Assembly (NCBI GenBank): GCA_001662655.1
Contig: KV460240.1
DNA length: 64,000 bases
Reading direction: 5' to 3' (one strand)
Origin: Pseudogymnoascus verrucosus
Taxonomy: Eukaryota
This document shows, piece by piece, positions 1 through 12,583 of the stretch. The notes under the pieces were generated by a model. The model worked only from the letters and a program-made list of their open reading frames with translations. It was not told the DNA's origin and did no database searches. Position 1 is the first letter of the stretch. Every line of letters begins with the position of its first letter. A program made the position numbers and the translations under genes.

Positions 1-2
1 TC

Positions 3-1265
3 ATTCGATCGCCTGCCAAGCCTGTCTCGCGCATCGAGGATTCTGTCGAGGAGCTAGACTTATTGGAAGACATCATGGAAGCACTCACAGAGGCCGCGAG
101 GGCCCAGGAGCTCGCGTCTCCAGTGAAGTCTAGAAAGGCAACACCTGCTATACTGAAATCTTCTCGTCCACCTACTTTGTCGCCAGCTTTAAGGCCTACT
201 CCTGTCAAGGCTAAAACCATCGGGGTTCGAGAAGGAAAGGCTCTGATGAATGAGATGTTGGCGAAGAAAGCTGCCTCGGGAACGTCGACTGTCCGCTCAA
301 AACAAGTCGCCGCGAAGAAAAGCGTACTGCCACCCACCTCAACACGTTCTGCCTCGGCCGAGCCAAAGCCTGCCGCACCTATCACCAAGCGGCCAGCAGC
401 CAAGCGTCCGGTCAGCCTCATGCCTCCAAAGGAGCCAATCAAGTCTACCAAAGCCCCAACGCGCTCGACATTTGAGCTTCCTGGTGAAGCCATCTCGCGG
501 AAGCTGAAAGAGCAACGCGAAGCACGCATTGCTCAGCGCCAGTCAAGCGTCTCCTCGGACTCGACGCCACCAATCGTTTCCGCCAAGGCAATGGCACCGA
601 AGGTCAAGTCAACAAAGGCCCCAACTAGACCTACCTTTGAGCTTCCGGGCGAGGCCCTCTCTCGCAAGAAGCGTGAGGCTCACGAGGCACGCCTAAAGGC
701 GCAAGAGGAGGAGGAAAAGAAGCGCAGGGAGTTCAAGGCGAAGCCTGTTCGCAGGAGCATCGCCCCGAGTATGCAGCCAAGGCAGACAGCCGCCAGTCTG
801 GCGCGAAGGAGTATAATGAACCCCGACGACGCCGGAGAGGGGTTGGTGGTGTCGAAGCGACGCTCAGTCATTGGCGTACCTCGTCCGTCACTCACAGCCC
901 AGAACCTTGCCAATTCATCTGCCCCACGCACGCGTGTGACTGCCCAAGGCGGTGGCCACATGACGGCTACGGCAATGAGCGATGCGTCTCAACGCTCGTC
1001 ATCTGGGGTCCCATCATTGGTACCAAAGCTGAGTGGAAGGGATATATATAAGCGTGATGCGAGAGCGCTGGAAGGTGCGGAGAGGGAGAGAAAGGAGAAA
1101 GAAGCTGCTGCGAAGAAGGCCAGAGAGGAGGCAGCTGAGAAAGGCAGACAGGCGAGTAGGGAGTGGGCAGCGAAACAGAGGAGGAAGATGATGGAGGGCA
1201 AGATTCCCGATGAGGGTCTCAGTGCTGGGTATGGACCCGGTGGGCAACTGGGCTTGAAGGGCTAG
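3..1265 (+). CDS. 3' part of a basic, low-complexity fungal protein with a TPX2-like motif (possible microtubule-associated protein); start lies upstream of the window
   Basis: Frame open from base 3 (IRSPAKPVSRIEDSVEELDLLED...) to TAG at 1263-1265. Two internal copies of KSTKAPTRxTFELPGEAxSRK, a REFKAKP motif and a C-terminal coiled coil. Confidence 0.6.
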   Translation: MRSPAKPVSRIEDSVEELDLLEDIMEALTEAARAQELASPVKSRKATPAILKSSRPPTLSPALRPTPVKAKTIGVREGKALMNEMLAKKAASGTSTVRSKQVAAKKSVLPPTSTRSASAEPKPAAPITKRPAAKRPVSLMPPKEPIKSTKAPTRSTFELPGEAISRKLKEQREARIAQRQSSVSSDSTPPIVSAKAMAPKVKSTKAPTRPTFELPGEALSRKKREAHEARLKAQEEEEKKRREFKAKPVRRSIAPSMQPRQTAASLARRSIMNPDDAGEGLVVSKRRSVIGVPRPSLTAQNLANSSAPRTRVTAQGGGHMTATAMSDASQRSSSGVPSLVPKLSGRDIYKRDARALEGAERERKEKEAAAKKAREEAAEKGRQASREWAAKQRRKMMEGKIPDEGLSAGYGPGGQLGLKG

Positions 1266-2161
1266 GTGTGGAGTAACTGTATGAATGATGTCGACAGGTT
1301 GTGGGTGACGAGACGGGAGTGTGTTTTTGTTAAACACCATGTTTTGATTTACTTTGCTTGCTGACAGTCAGATTGGGGAGCACAAGTCGATGTATGGTCG
1401 GCTTGGGAGGGATCAATCGATCATTGCTTGTGAGTTGAGGATGATTACTCGCTCGTTTTATACATATGTTTCATTTGTTGGCGCGGCGAGTTGGGAAGCG
1501 TGTATTATTGGGGAGAGCGGGATTGAGTCTGGCGTCAGCTGACAGCGTGTATTATTGAATGATTATTAGTGAAAGAATTGACTGAATGGAACAATTGAAA
1601 ACAAGTTTAGCTATGGAGTGAATGCTGAATGAAGACAAATATATATCAAAAGCAAAAGGGTTTCCCATATTGTAATATGACATTAAGATGAAAGATGACT
1701 TGGCATGATAATGCCTGGACTGTTCTGCCGTCGATAGCCCCCCCTGCCAGATCTGTATGTACCCTTGTACCGCCACATTGCATACCACGCCTTAATCCCT
1801 GTCCCCTCTCCTTAAACCTTTTCCCGACACGATTCTTCCAGACCACCGTCCTCTGAAGTTCAACCAGGCTACAGAGTATCGTCGTCGTCGTCGAGTATAT
1901 TGCCTGCACTGGAGTATTTTGCATATTGCATCTCCCCCACGATCGTTTTCACCGAGACAACTCGAGCAACAATCCGATACCCCGAGACAACACCGACCGA
2001 ATTCGAATTGCGCGCGAACTGCTGGTTTCCGTCATAATCAACGTGGAACCTTGCCCTTGGAACTGACGGCCTCTGAGGACGACATATGATGCTTTTAGAG
2101 TCCTCGACCTCTCTTTAGTGTCTTTTCAGGGCCACGCGCCAACGTTTGTCTCGCAGCCACT

Positions 2162-4138
2162 ATGCGCTTTTCCAAACCCTCGTTCCTGCCCTTCGCGAAG
2201 AGCTCCAGAAAGGCAAACATAATCACCGTCTTCCGCCATGCTCGCCGGAACCCACGCGACTTCGTCAGCCGCTTGTGGTGCCCTCGAACTATCGCGAAAT
2301 CGCTGGTCTTCCTTTCCGGTCTCGTCGTTATCGGTACGGCCATCGCCGAAATCCTACTCTATATCCGCACAGGGAAGAACAGCCGTATAGGCACTACGGT
2401 CATCAATCCGTTCATACCGCTCGCGCGTCCCAGTGTCCAAATACATCAGGGCATCTACAGAGGCGGCACCGCCAAGACTGGCCATGTCTTTGTCGAAAGA
2501 TTCCTCGGTATTCCATATGCACAGACGACGGGTGGATACAACAGGTTTATGCCGCCGGTCAAGATGATGGCAGGGATGACAAAACATGATGCGAGATATT
2601 GGGGCCACAAGTGCTGGGGAGGTCCAGACGGACCTGACCAGAGATCGGGAGATGATTGCTTGAACATCAATATTTGGCGGACACGAGGCGTGAAGGAAAA
2701 CCAGAATGTGCCAGTTGTTGTTTATTTTCACAGCGGATCATTTAATTTTGGGAGCGGTGCCGAAAGGGACATCGCTAGTTTTGTGGCATGGAGCGTGGAT
2801 CCAATCATTGGTATCTCGGTGAACTATCGAGTTGGTGCGTTGGGCTTCTTGAGCTCCAATCTTACTGCCGAGGAGGGCATTTTGAATCTCGGTTTGAAGG
2901 ATCAGGCAGCTGCCCTAGAGTGGGTGCAAGAAAACATCCGCATGTTTGGCGGAAACAAGGATCGAGTCACCATCTGGGGAAGCTCAGCAGGTGCACATTC
3001 CGTAAGTTACTTCTAGACTACCATTGATCGTCATGAGTGCGAGTCCTCTGAACTCTACGATCGTTTGATTGCTCAAACTAACATTACCCAGGTTGGCCAC
3101 CACCTCATGAAGATTGACGTCCCCGCACACTTTCAGGGAGCTATTATGGAATCTGGCGCTCCAACAGCTCGCGCCGTCTATCCATATAACCATCCCCTCC
3201 ACGAGGAGCAGTATAAAAGGTTTCTCGAGCTTACCGGCACCGCTGATATCCCCGACGAGTCAAAGATGACACATCTTCGCTCCATCGATATAGAGACAAT
3301 TGTCGCTGCCTCAGAGTCAGTTTTCCAGCAATACTCCGCATCTCTGCGCTGGCCTTTCCAACCTGTTATCGATGGACCCGGAGGCATGATCCCATGCGCA
3401 CCCCTCGAGAGCTGGAAAGCACGAGCGTATCACAAAGTCCCGATTCTGACCGGCTTCAACACCAACGAGGGCAGCATGTTCGTGGATACCGCCGTCGACG
3501 ATCCAAAGGAGTTCGACGAGTTCTTCCAGACACTGATCCCAAATTTTACCGAGAAGGACATGAGAGAGCTGAATGAGCTTTACCCAGATCCCTCAAAGTC
3601 ACCCGAGAGCAAGTATACCGAAGATCGCCCTGGTGTTGGCAAGCAGTACAAGCGTCTCGCGCGCGCGTACGGCGACTACGCTTATATTGCGCCAGTACGA
3701 CACACTGCCCACTTCGCGAGCGCATTGGATAGGCCCGATGATGCGGCGGTGTGGATGTACCAGTTCGACGTGAACCAAACGGTGATCCGCGGTTCGAACC
3801 ATGGCGACCAGGGAGAATACGTGGTGTACTCGCCCAGTGTGAGAAAACTGCCGTGGAGCAGGCATGGCGCGATTGGCGAGCAGATGCATGGTTATTGGAC
3901 TAGCTTTGTGATATCTGGCGATGTGAATGAAGTCAAGAAGGGTCGGGTTAAGAACCGCAGCACCTGGGCTCAGTATGGAAAGAGAGGAAGCAGCGCTAAG
4001 ATGGTGTTTGGAGAGCATAATAACCAGCGAGCCGGAGGGAAGGATGAGGGTGCCTTGACGGAGAACCGACCGGATCTTTGGGGTGATGCAGAGGGAGATT
4101 TCTGGTGGATGAGGACGATAATGTCGGAGAGGATATGA
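2162..4138 (+). CDS. Carboxylesterase type B / lipase (alpha/beta hydrolase), 2 exons
   Basis: Motifs FLGIPYA, DCLNINIW, NYRVGALGFL, NLGLKDQ, WGSSAG (nucleophile), TGFNTNEG and GSNHGD. GT-AG intron 3002-3091 joins ORFs 2162..3016 and 3065..4138. Confidence 0.92.
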
Positions 4139-4864
4139 GGGGACGCCCGGGGGGGCGATGATGGATGCGATGTGACGATTATAGACGGGACTTTCCAACG
4201 ACGTGTTTTTGTGTCAGGAGTTTCATACGGCGAGGGTGTGCACAGGCACGAGAATTCTAGGAGTGATTGGGATAGGACATTCATCTTGTAGCATAATATT
4301 TATTCACGCTGTTTATTTTAGTTCAGTACTGCGAATAGTAATACTCATCCAAATTACTGTGGTCCACCCTTGCCATTTCAGTGACTGGCTCCTGAAGTTC
4401 CCCCTTCAGTCACTCAACTACAAGCTAACCACCACAGACCTTCGAACAAAGCTCATATACCCCATTAACCCAACTCCTCCCGCCAACAAGCAGGTTAAGT
4501 GGTCAATGTGATAAAGTGACTGACGCTCATTCAGTAAGTGCTGAGTTCGAGCTCCGCAGTTCACATCAAGTAAAATCCAAAAATGGGTTTTCTTAGATAT
4601 CGATTACCAACTGTAATCGAATCGTTATTTTTGCATTTCTCTTCTAAAAACCAACTGCTCTTCATTAATCCTTCTTCTAAGTATGTCATCATATATCCCA
4701 TGTAATGCAAGTTCAATATCAAACTGCAGATACACAGAATTTATGGGGTTGGCTCAAACGTCTATATTTTTATTCAGGGATGCTGAAAACCGCTGCCATC
4801 TCAACCAAGACGAACAAGCTCTCTAAACTCATATAACAGAACAAACTATCCAAAGTTTCGTTCT

Positions 4865-5727
4865 CTACATAAAGTCTGACAAGTAATCATCATCTCTGTT
4901 CTGGTTGCTGCTCGCCTCCAGCGCCTCCTCCGTGAAAACATCATCATAGGCATGCTCCTTTTGGTACTTCAACTCCCTCCTCTCCTTCGCAATGCGCGCC
5001 TCTTCCTTCTTCCGCGCCTGCACGCCCGCCTGGTTCTTCTTGCTCTTCGCCTTCATGATCTCGTCGCGCTCGGCGGCGAAGTCGGGGAACTTCTCCACCT
5101 TGGTCTTGTTCAGACGGTTGATGATGGCGTTAATGCGTGTTGGCACGAGGATCTTCTTCACCTTCTTGTTGTCGTGAAAGCTGACTTGGCCGGTGGCCAT
5201 GGAGCCGTCTTTCTTCAGGTTGCTCCATGGCGTGTAGATGATGGTGACATTGTCTTTCTTGTTTCCTGAAAAGAGGTTAGTCACGTGGTTGAATAAGTCA
5301 TGGGGATTTAGCTTGCCTTCGATGGAGTTTGCTTTAGTGAGTTGAGCAAGATCAGTGAGGAGGTCTTGCGGGATGGATTCCCATGATTGGGTTTCGGAGA
5401 GGCGGAGGTAGATATGGGCGGATGAGAGATTGTCGACGTGGAACTGTGGGAGTTGGTGATGTTTCTTTCAAACGGAGATTAGACTTACCCTGGGCAGTTA
5501 TTAGCAAAGAACCTATTTAATTATTCTTAAAAATTAGGATATAACTTACCAAACGTCTTCCTCAACTCCGTATGCGATTAAATCCTCATCTGAGGCAAAG
5601 ATTAGTCACACGTTGCTTCTCAAAGAGCCAAGAGAAAAACCAGTAAAAACTCACTTTCGACCTTGTCTTTACCAACATAGACATACGCCGACGGCGACAC
5701 CGTGTTAGAGGTGAAATAGTAAACCAT
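4865..5727 (-). CDS. CCDC25: CCDC25/Jlp2 family protein (NFACT RNA-binding domain); exons 5727-5655, 5589-5550, 5489, 5443-5317, 5265-4865
   Basis: Spliced translation [52 protein letters not shown]...[37 protein letters not shown] matches family motifs. Confidence 0.9.
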
Positions 5728-5896
5728 CCTGCCTCCCGAAATCGCAACTTCGTTGTGGTGTGAATTTCTGGCCGAGGCCAAAATTATATTGACGGCGCCT
5801 CGGGTCTTTAGCGCCGACCGTAGCGAAAAGTATTGGCTTCACCTCCCTTCAACTTTCAATGACCTCCCTCCCCCAAGGCACCAAACCACCCACACA

Positions 5897-6832
5897 ATGG
5901 CGCCCAAACTCTCAAAACTAGGAGTGGCGCTCCAATCGCCCTCCTCCTTCCTTGCCGATACCCACGCCCTCCTCCCCCTCATCGCCAAGCGCGGCGTCAA
6001 ATACGGGTGGACGACCGCACCCGCCCGCTCAAAGGCGACACCAGGACGCTTCAACCAGGTCTCCGCTGGGCTCCCCATCCTCTCCGCCTCGCCCGCCGCG
6101 GCATTAAAACGAAAAGACTTCACCCTCCCCCTGCGAACAGGAGCGATGGGCATCAAGAAGGGCATGACCGCCATTTACGACCCCGAGACCGGCAAGCGCA
6201 CCGCCTGCACCGTCGTCCAATTCGACCGCGTGCAGGTCGTCTCGCACAAGACGCGCGAGAAGAACGGATACTTCGCGGTGCAGGTCGGCGCGGGATGGAA
6301 GCACCAGAGCAACGTCACGAGGCCGCTCCTTGGGCACTTCACCGAGGCGGGTGTCAGCCCCAAGAGGCACGTTGTGGAGTTCAGGGTCAAGGATGCGACG
6401 GGACTGTTGCCGACGGGACAGATGATCGGGCCGGAGTGGTTCACTGAGGGACAGTTTGTGGATACGCGCTCGAACTGTAGGGGAATGGGGTTTGAGGGTG
6501 GTATGAAGAGGCATGGCTTCAGTGGTCAGGGAGCGTCTCACGGTAACTCGAAGTCGCACAGACTTATGGGTTCGAGTGGTGGTTCGCAGGGAACTGGTAG
6601 CAGAGTTTTGCCTGGAAAGAAGATGCCGGGAAATATGGGTGGCCAACAGGTCACTGTGCAGAATGTTGAGGTGCTGAAGGTGGATGCTGAGAAGGGCATT
6701 ATTGTGCTAAAGGGATGTGTTTCCGGGCCAAAGGGCTGCGTGGTCAAGCTTCAGGATGCGATTAAGAAGCCATGGCCAAAGATGCCTGTTGTGGAGGAGG
6801 TAGTGGCGAAGGTTGAGGAGGTTGCTGCGTAA
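5897..6832 (+). CDS. MRPL9: Mitochondrial large ribosomal subunit protein uL3m
   Basis: L3 motifs KKGMT, GFEGGMKRHGFSG, SHGNSKSHR, GSRVLPGKKMPGNMG and KGCVSGPKG. ATG at 5897 followed by a basic presequence. Confidence 0.93.
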   Translation: MAPKLSKLGVALQSPSSFLADTHALLPLIAKRGVKYGWTTAPARSKATPGRFNQVSAGLPILSASPAAALKRKDFTLPLRTGAMGIKKGMTAIYDPETGKRTACTVVQFDRVQVVSHKTREKNGYFAVQVGAGWKHQSNVTRPLLGHFTEAGVSPKRHVVEFRVKDATGLLPTGQMIGPEWFTEGQFVDTRSNCRGMGFEGGMKRHGFSGQGASHGNSKSHRLMGSSGGSQGTGSRVLPGKKMPGNMGGQQVTVQNVEVLKVDAEKGIIVLKGCVSGPKGCVVKLQDAIKKPWPKMPVVEEVVAKVEEVAA

Positions 6833-7262
6833 CTCCTCGGCGAGGAGAGAGCGTTGGGTGGGTTCTTGGTGTGAAGATATTGTCGAGATAGGAGTGTATA
6901 TTACCAGCGGCGAGGCGTTATAGAGTGTATAGTAGACAATGATACTACATAAAGTCTTGATCTTTCCTAGTTTTCCTTGAGATTGCTTATATTGAGATTG
7001 TTTATATACATATATGTTCCGGTGATGTAGATGCGGATTGTCCTACCCACAGCCTCAAATCCAGAACGGAGTTGTTGTATAATATAACCACACATTACCC
7101 CAGAATACAAAGGAATATTACAGAGCTTTTGATCAGATGTTTGAGAGTAGTTGTACAACCTATAGTGAAGTATACACGGCCCGTGCAAATCACGGCCACA
7201 AAGACGCCATCCCATGCCATTTCATTCCCACATCTCCCTTCCCTCCCCATCACCAACCCACC

Positions 7263-7981
7263 CTATCCCGAAAGCGTCGGACTATACGACCCCCTCCCCA
7301 CCTTCTTCTGCTCCTCCTCCGCCGCATAAATCGCCTTAAACACATCCCCCCTATCCAACAAATCGACCTTCACCCCATCCTCTCCCTCCAAACTCCACTC
7401 CTCCGTCTCAAACACCCCATTCCTTCCCCCCCTCCTAAAGCTCCTGAACCGCATCGTACCCTGCCTCTTCGTCCCCCTGACTTCGAAATGGATATTGATC
7501 CGCCCATGAAGCTGGTTCATCTCCCCCCAGATCCACGGCATCTGGTGCGCGAAGTAGATCTCGTCGCCAAGGAACTCGCGCGCGGCGGGGGAGGTGCGAA
7601 GGGCGTACATGGTGGAGGAGACGACGGAGGAGGAGGACTTTTGGTAGTTGAAGATGCCTAGGGTGCAGCCGGTGAGGACGGCGATGAAGATGGGGATTGA
7701 GCGGAGCCATTTCATTCCCGAGCGCTGGATTTCTGTAGACACGCACACATTGGTTAGCTTCTGCCTTTACCTAACCCAAAAACTTCCTGCTTGGGGATGA
7801 AGAGCTTCTTACCAGGCAGTTCCCTATCAGCTCTCCTCTCCATCAACGGCGCACCCCCCACCTTCGGCGGACTGACAAGTCCCCGTCTCTGCACCGTCTT
7901 CCCAGCATTCGGCGCAATCCTCGCCCTCAACGGCGCCAACACAGCAGCGCGTCCTCTAGCGCCCAGCATTCGCTGCAGCAT
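7263..7981 (-). CDS. COA1: Cytochrome c oxidase assembly factor Coa1 family, 2 exons (intron 7812-7733)
   Basis: Mitochondrial-type presequence and one TM helix, then IFNYQKSSSSVVSSTMYALRTS...LGDEIYF...WIWGEMNQLHGRINIHFEVRG. Confidence 0.8.
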
Positions 7982-8308
7982 TGTATAATATTGTGTGCCT
8001 GTCAATTCCGAAGCGGCGCTTTTGTAGTTGAGAATGCGGGTTGGGAAAATGGGGTATATAATTCGTTGTGAAGAGGGCGGCGCGGAGCTCGGGGGGAGTT
8101 TTTGGGTTAGTCAGCTGCGAGGCTGGGGGTGAGGCTGTGGTGGGTGACGTCTTTGTGTCCTTGGGATCTTGGGGGGAATCTATTTGCGCAGACTTATATA
8201 GACGCCCGGATTATTGGATATTGTTAAAGATTATTTTGAGAGCGAGAAGTGATCGGTTATATGTACCTAGTCCCTTCCTCCGGTATTCATACACCCACCA
8301 CTCACAAA

Positions 8309-9062
8309 ATGGCCTCCCGCGCCCAAGCCCGCTTCCGCAAAACCTTCCAATACCCCGACTCCGACGACGATGACACCCCCGAAGCACTAGATGAAGAAGG
8401 TTCGTCTCGCTTTTCCCTTCGCCTCCCCCTCCCCTTTCCCCCTCTTTCCTTCCTCCACTCCCCAACCCTCCCCCTTCTTTCCCTCCCTCCGCGCCCAGGC
8501 AACCCAGCTAACCCCCCCCCCCCAAGAACAATCCCACCTAATCCACACCCTCCGCGCCTCCGCCACAGCCACAAACACCCTCTACACCCGCCTCTTCACC
8601 ACCTTCCCCCTCCTCCTCACCCTCGCCTACCTCCCTCCCCTCTCCAGCGCTCGGGGCGCCCTCCCTCTCATCGCCCTAACCTCGCTGCTCGCTAGCGCGT
8701 GGGTGATGTATGCTTTCCCTGTTGGACGGACTGGGTGGCCATGGGTTGATGAGTGGGCTGCGGGGTCTGGCTCTGGGGTAACAAAGGGTGGTAAGGATGT
8801 GAAGGGAAAGGGGAGGGCGGGCGATATATCACCCGGCGAGGAACAAGGACCGTTGAGAAAGTGGCTGGTACCGCTGAATGCGGGATTGGCGGCAGTGATT
8901 CTTGTTGCTGGGTTATTGGGGACGGGGGGTGGGGGGGTGAAATTAAGTGTTCTTCCGGCACTGGCGTTGGGGGTTGTGGTGACGGTGAAGGTGCAGATGA
9001 GGGGGGTGGAGGCGGATGTGGAGGAGTTGGAGGGGTTGAGGTATGGGTATAAAGGTGCGTGA
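8309..9062 (+). CDS. Conserved fungal hypothetical membrane protein, 2 exons (intron ~8400-8526)
   Basis: MASRAQARFRKTFQYP...EALDEEEQSHLI... after splicing; about four hydrophobic segments; ends LRYGYKGA. Confidence 0.7.
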
Positions 9063-9341
9063 AGGTGGGGAGGAAGCGAGAGGTGTTTTTATAGATATGC
9101 GGTAGTGGTGTACGAATAGTCACGAGGGTAATGAAGTTGTATGATGCAACGCGTACTTGTTTGCTTGCTACCTGTAGCGGTATCTATCTATCTACCCTCT
9201 CCCACTGAGTTTTCAGGAATTATAATCCCCCTTCCCCCTCCCAGCCCATCTCCCCCAACCCCTTAACCCCCAAACCGAAGTGATATATAGACCTGTCCTG
9301 TATACCTATACCCTCCCCCCACACGCCCCCAGCAACGCATT

Positions 9342-12300
9342 CTACACATCAATCGACTCATTAAACCTTAATACGCCATTCCCCTTCAATACGCCATCGA
9401 TGCCCTCCGGCAGCCTCGGGAACGGATCGCTCAGCGGATCCAGCGGCGCCTGCTGCTCCGTCGACTTGTCTGTCACCAGCACGAGGCCTTCGGATTTAAT
9501 CGCGTTGATGAGCGAAGGTACCATGTCCTGTTTGCAGCATTAGTATCCAATCCCTAAATATACACACGCCCAAAACAAAAATTGGAAAAGGGAGGAGAAA
9601 GAACGTACCAAAAGCCTACTACACGAAATCAGTCCCATAAGATTATTATCCTTCGCAATCTTCACCGCCTCCTTCACACTCGTCGTGCGCCTCCCATCCC
9701 TCTCAACACCCCCCTCCGCACTCACTATCGGCGCGCCCTCGCGGCCGAGATCATTACACAAGAACACCGGGAAGTTAGGTTGTTTCCAGTTCAGCGCCGC
9801 GCAGATGGCCGGGTTGTACGCTGAGAACACAATACTGCGCATCGCAGCCGGAGGTTCCGAGCGAAGACGTTGCGCGTGATCGAAGACGACCGTGATGATC
9901 GCGTCGACGAAGGTGTTGATATTAGCAATCGGCCCCAGATGCAGAGCTTCCTCCTCCTCGATAGAGGGGTAGATGACCTGGATATCAACATGCAGGCCGC
10001 TCGGAAGGAGATTCAGCGCCTCTTCCAGCGAGATAGCCGTGCGCGCCAGGACATGGTGGATAGACGCTACTTGCTCCAATCCCATAGTCGGGAGGCGCGC
10101 GAGATCAGCGTCATTGCGGGGACCCGATTTCAGGAACTCGGCGTAGGTGAGGCGGGTGATGGGGAGGTCGACGGCGTTGTAGGGGAGTGTCCAGCGGGGC
10201 CAGAGGACGGGGATGCCGTCCGAGGTGTGTTGGACGAAGAGCTGGATGTAGTCGCCTGACAGGCTGGAGCCGGTGATGAAGGCGTTGGGGGTGTGGTCGA
10301 ATTGGCTGGTTGCTTTCCAGTAGGTGTCGAAGTCGGTGATTTCTAGGGGCTTTCCGGAGAAGGGCTTGATCACTTGGAAGTTGAATGCGATTTGGCCGAT
10401 GGCGCGGAGGCGCGGGTCGAAGAGGGGGAGGCAGCAGCGGCCGTAGTTGCTGGATAGGGTTTTGAATGTGCTGGGTAGGGCGACGGTCTTGGCGATGACC
10501 TTTGCGCCGTAGGTGGGGAAGATGTCGAAATCGACAGCGAATGACTCGAGGCTGTCGATTTGGAAGGAGACATGGCGGGTATCTTCCTGGAATGGTAGAA
10601 GGATGTTCTTTGGAATGAGGTCTGAGAGCTTGGAGGAGATAGTAAGACGCGCAGCAGGATATTTGCTGTCGTGGAAGAACACCATCGGCTTCTCGTCGCC
10701 CTCGTCGAAGCTAATCTGCACGAATGTCTTCGTGTCGAGGAAGTTGTGGCCGTATCGGCGGAGTGGGATGATGGGTGGTGGTAGGGAGAAGTCGGGAATG
10801 CCATCGATATCAGTGCTCATCGGCATTGGCGCCGAGCTGGTCAACTGCGGTGCTAGTTGAGGTTGCGTTGACGAAGCGGCTCTGGTAGGTCTGGCAATAG
10901 ATGAGAGCAGTCTCATGCACTCCAAATTTCCCTCCCATGCTGCGTAATACATCGCATTGAGGTCTTTCTCGTCCAGGATATCTGCACGAACTCCGACATC
11001 TAGAAGGGTCTGCATCGAAAGGACATTTCCTTCGCTAGCCGCGTGGAATAGTGGTGTCCAAGAGTAGAGCTTGTCGATTTGATCGAGGTTTGCGCCGAAT
11101 GTTTGTAATAATAATAATAACTGCGGCGTCTGTCCCGATCTCGCGACGAGATGCTGAGGGTATAGTCCCTCGGCATCTGGCAATAACTTCGCTCCATGCC
11201 TCAGGAGCAGTTCAACTATGCCAATCGATCCATGCTCGCAGGCAAGGTTGAGAGGAACATGGTCACTGTCCTTCAACGGATCCAGCCTGGCGTTACGAAC
11301 AAGTAGCATAGCCACGCATTCGAGATGCCCGTGTATAATCGCGTGTATAAGAGGTGTGAAGTTGTCGTGGTCGATGAGATCAATCGCCGTGGGATTCGCA
11401 ACAAGTAAAGCTTCCATCATATCTAACCGCCCATGCATAGACGCATAATGCAATGGCACTCGTCCGTAAACATCTGTCCGGTCGACCGCCACATTTTTCC
11501 TCAGCCCAACTTCGAGGACGAACGAGTTGCCGTATATCGTCGCTTGATGCAAGCAATTCCTCTCGTTGATATCGTCTTCGGAAAGGACATCAACCAGCCC
11601 CGTGTCCAGCAGAATCTGCAACGAAGGCGCTGGCGCCTCATGAATAGCCGCGAGGAAGGTCCTCGTTATCCTCTCAGTGAGCATCAGATCTCTCGTCGAA
11701 TCCGCCTCATTCGCCGATTTCAATCTTAACAAGAGATCCTTCAGTGACTCGAGGTTCCCCGAGATCACCGTATCCAACAGCAATGTATCCGCATCCCCCT
11801 CATCCGTCCCGAGATGGCTGCTAACAACATGCTCCGTCTGACGCTCAATCGTAATATTATCACCCTCAGACCACGCGCCCAGCTCCTGCAAGCTCATCGT
11901 CGCCTGATCCGACAACTCGCTAATAACCGCCTTATTGAAGAACGGCTGTACCTCTACCGCCCTGGACAGGTACAGCTCCTTCGTCTTCGACTTGCTCGTC
12001 TTATCCCACTTCTTCAGGATCTTCGAGAACGCCGTGCCATTGATCTCCACAAACTGCTGCAGCTTATTCAGATCATTCCCGAACTGCTGGAACCCTTCTT
12101 CAAGCGTCGTAAATTTCGCCGAGCGCCTCGACGTGTTCTGGTTGCGGCTCTGCATGACCTTCTTCTTATCCAACAGCGTCTTGAGACGGATCTTCAGCTC
12201 CGCTTCCTTCTGCAGGTAAAACGCATTCACCTTCTCGAGCTCGCGCTCGAGCTGGAAGAAGAACTTGGCCTTGTTGGCCTGCAGCGCCGCCTGCGAGTCG

Positions 12301-12583
12301 ATCGGCTCATTCTGCAGGATGTCATTCTGCGACGCCAGCAGCGGCGTCGCGGATAGCTTCTTGATCAGCTTCTTCAGCGCCTTGTAGTTGACGAAGCTCG
12401 CCGCGTACTCGGGCACCTCGAGCTGCCGCTTCTGGATCTGCTTGCCGAACTTCCTAGGAGGGGCGCAGGCGCGTTAGTTGAGGGCATTGGGAAGGGGGGG
12501 GGGGGGAGGCTGGGGGGGGGGGGGGGGGGGGGAAGCTTGGGGGTCTTGGTGGACTCGGCGCGTGGAGGGTGATGAACTTACAT
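9342..12583 (-). CDS. PHO81: Pho81/Nuc-2 CDK inhibitor (SPX, ankyrin repeats, GDPD-like domain); introns 12581-12454 and 9608-9528
   Basis: SPX start MKFGKQIQKRQLEVPEYAASFVNYKALKKLIK, then ELEKVNAFY and FSKILKKWDK. Ankyrin repeats (TPLIHA, VPLNLA, TPLFHAA), PPPIIPLRRYGHNFL, and C-terminal LNWKQPNFPVF. Confidence 0.93.

Noticed and set aside
5727..5897. Short head-to-head gene pairs (also COA1/8309 gene, CUE5/DHX35, IMA1/LYR-like)
   Set aside because: Bidirectional promoters are ordinary in compact fungal genomes.
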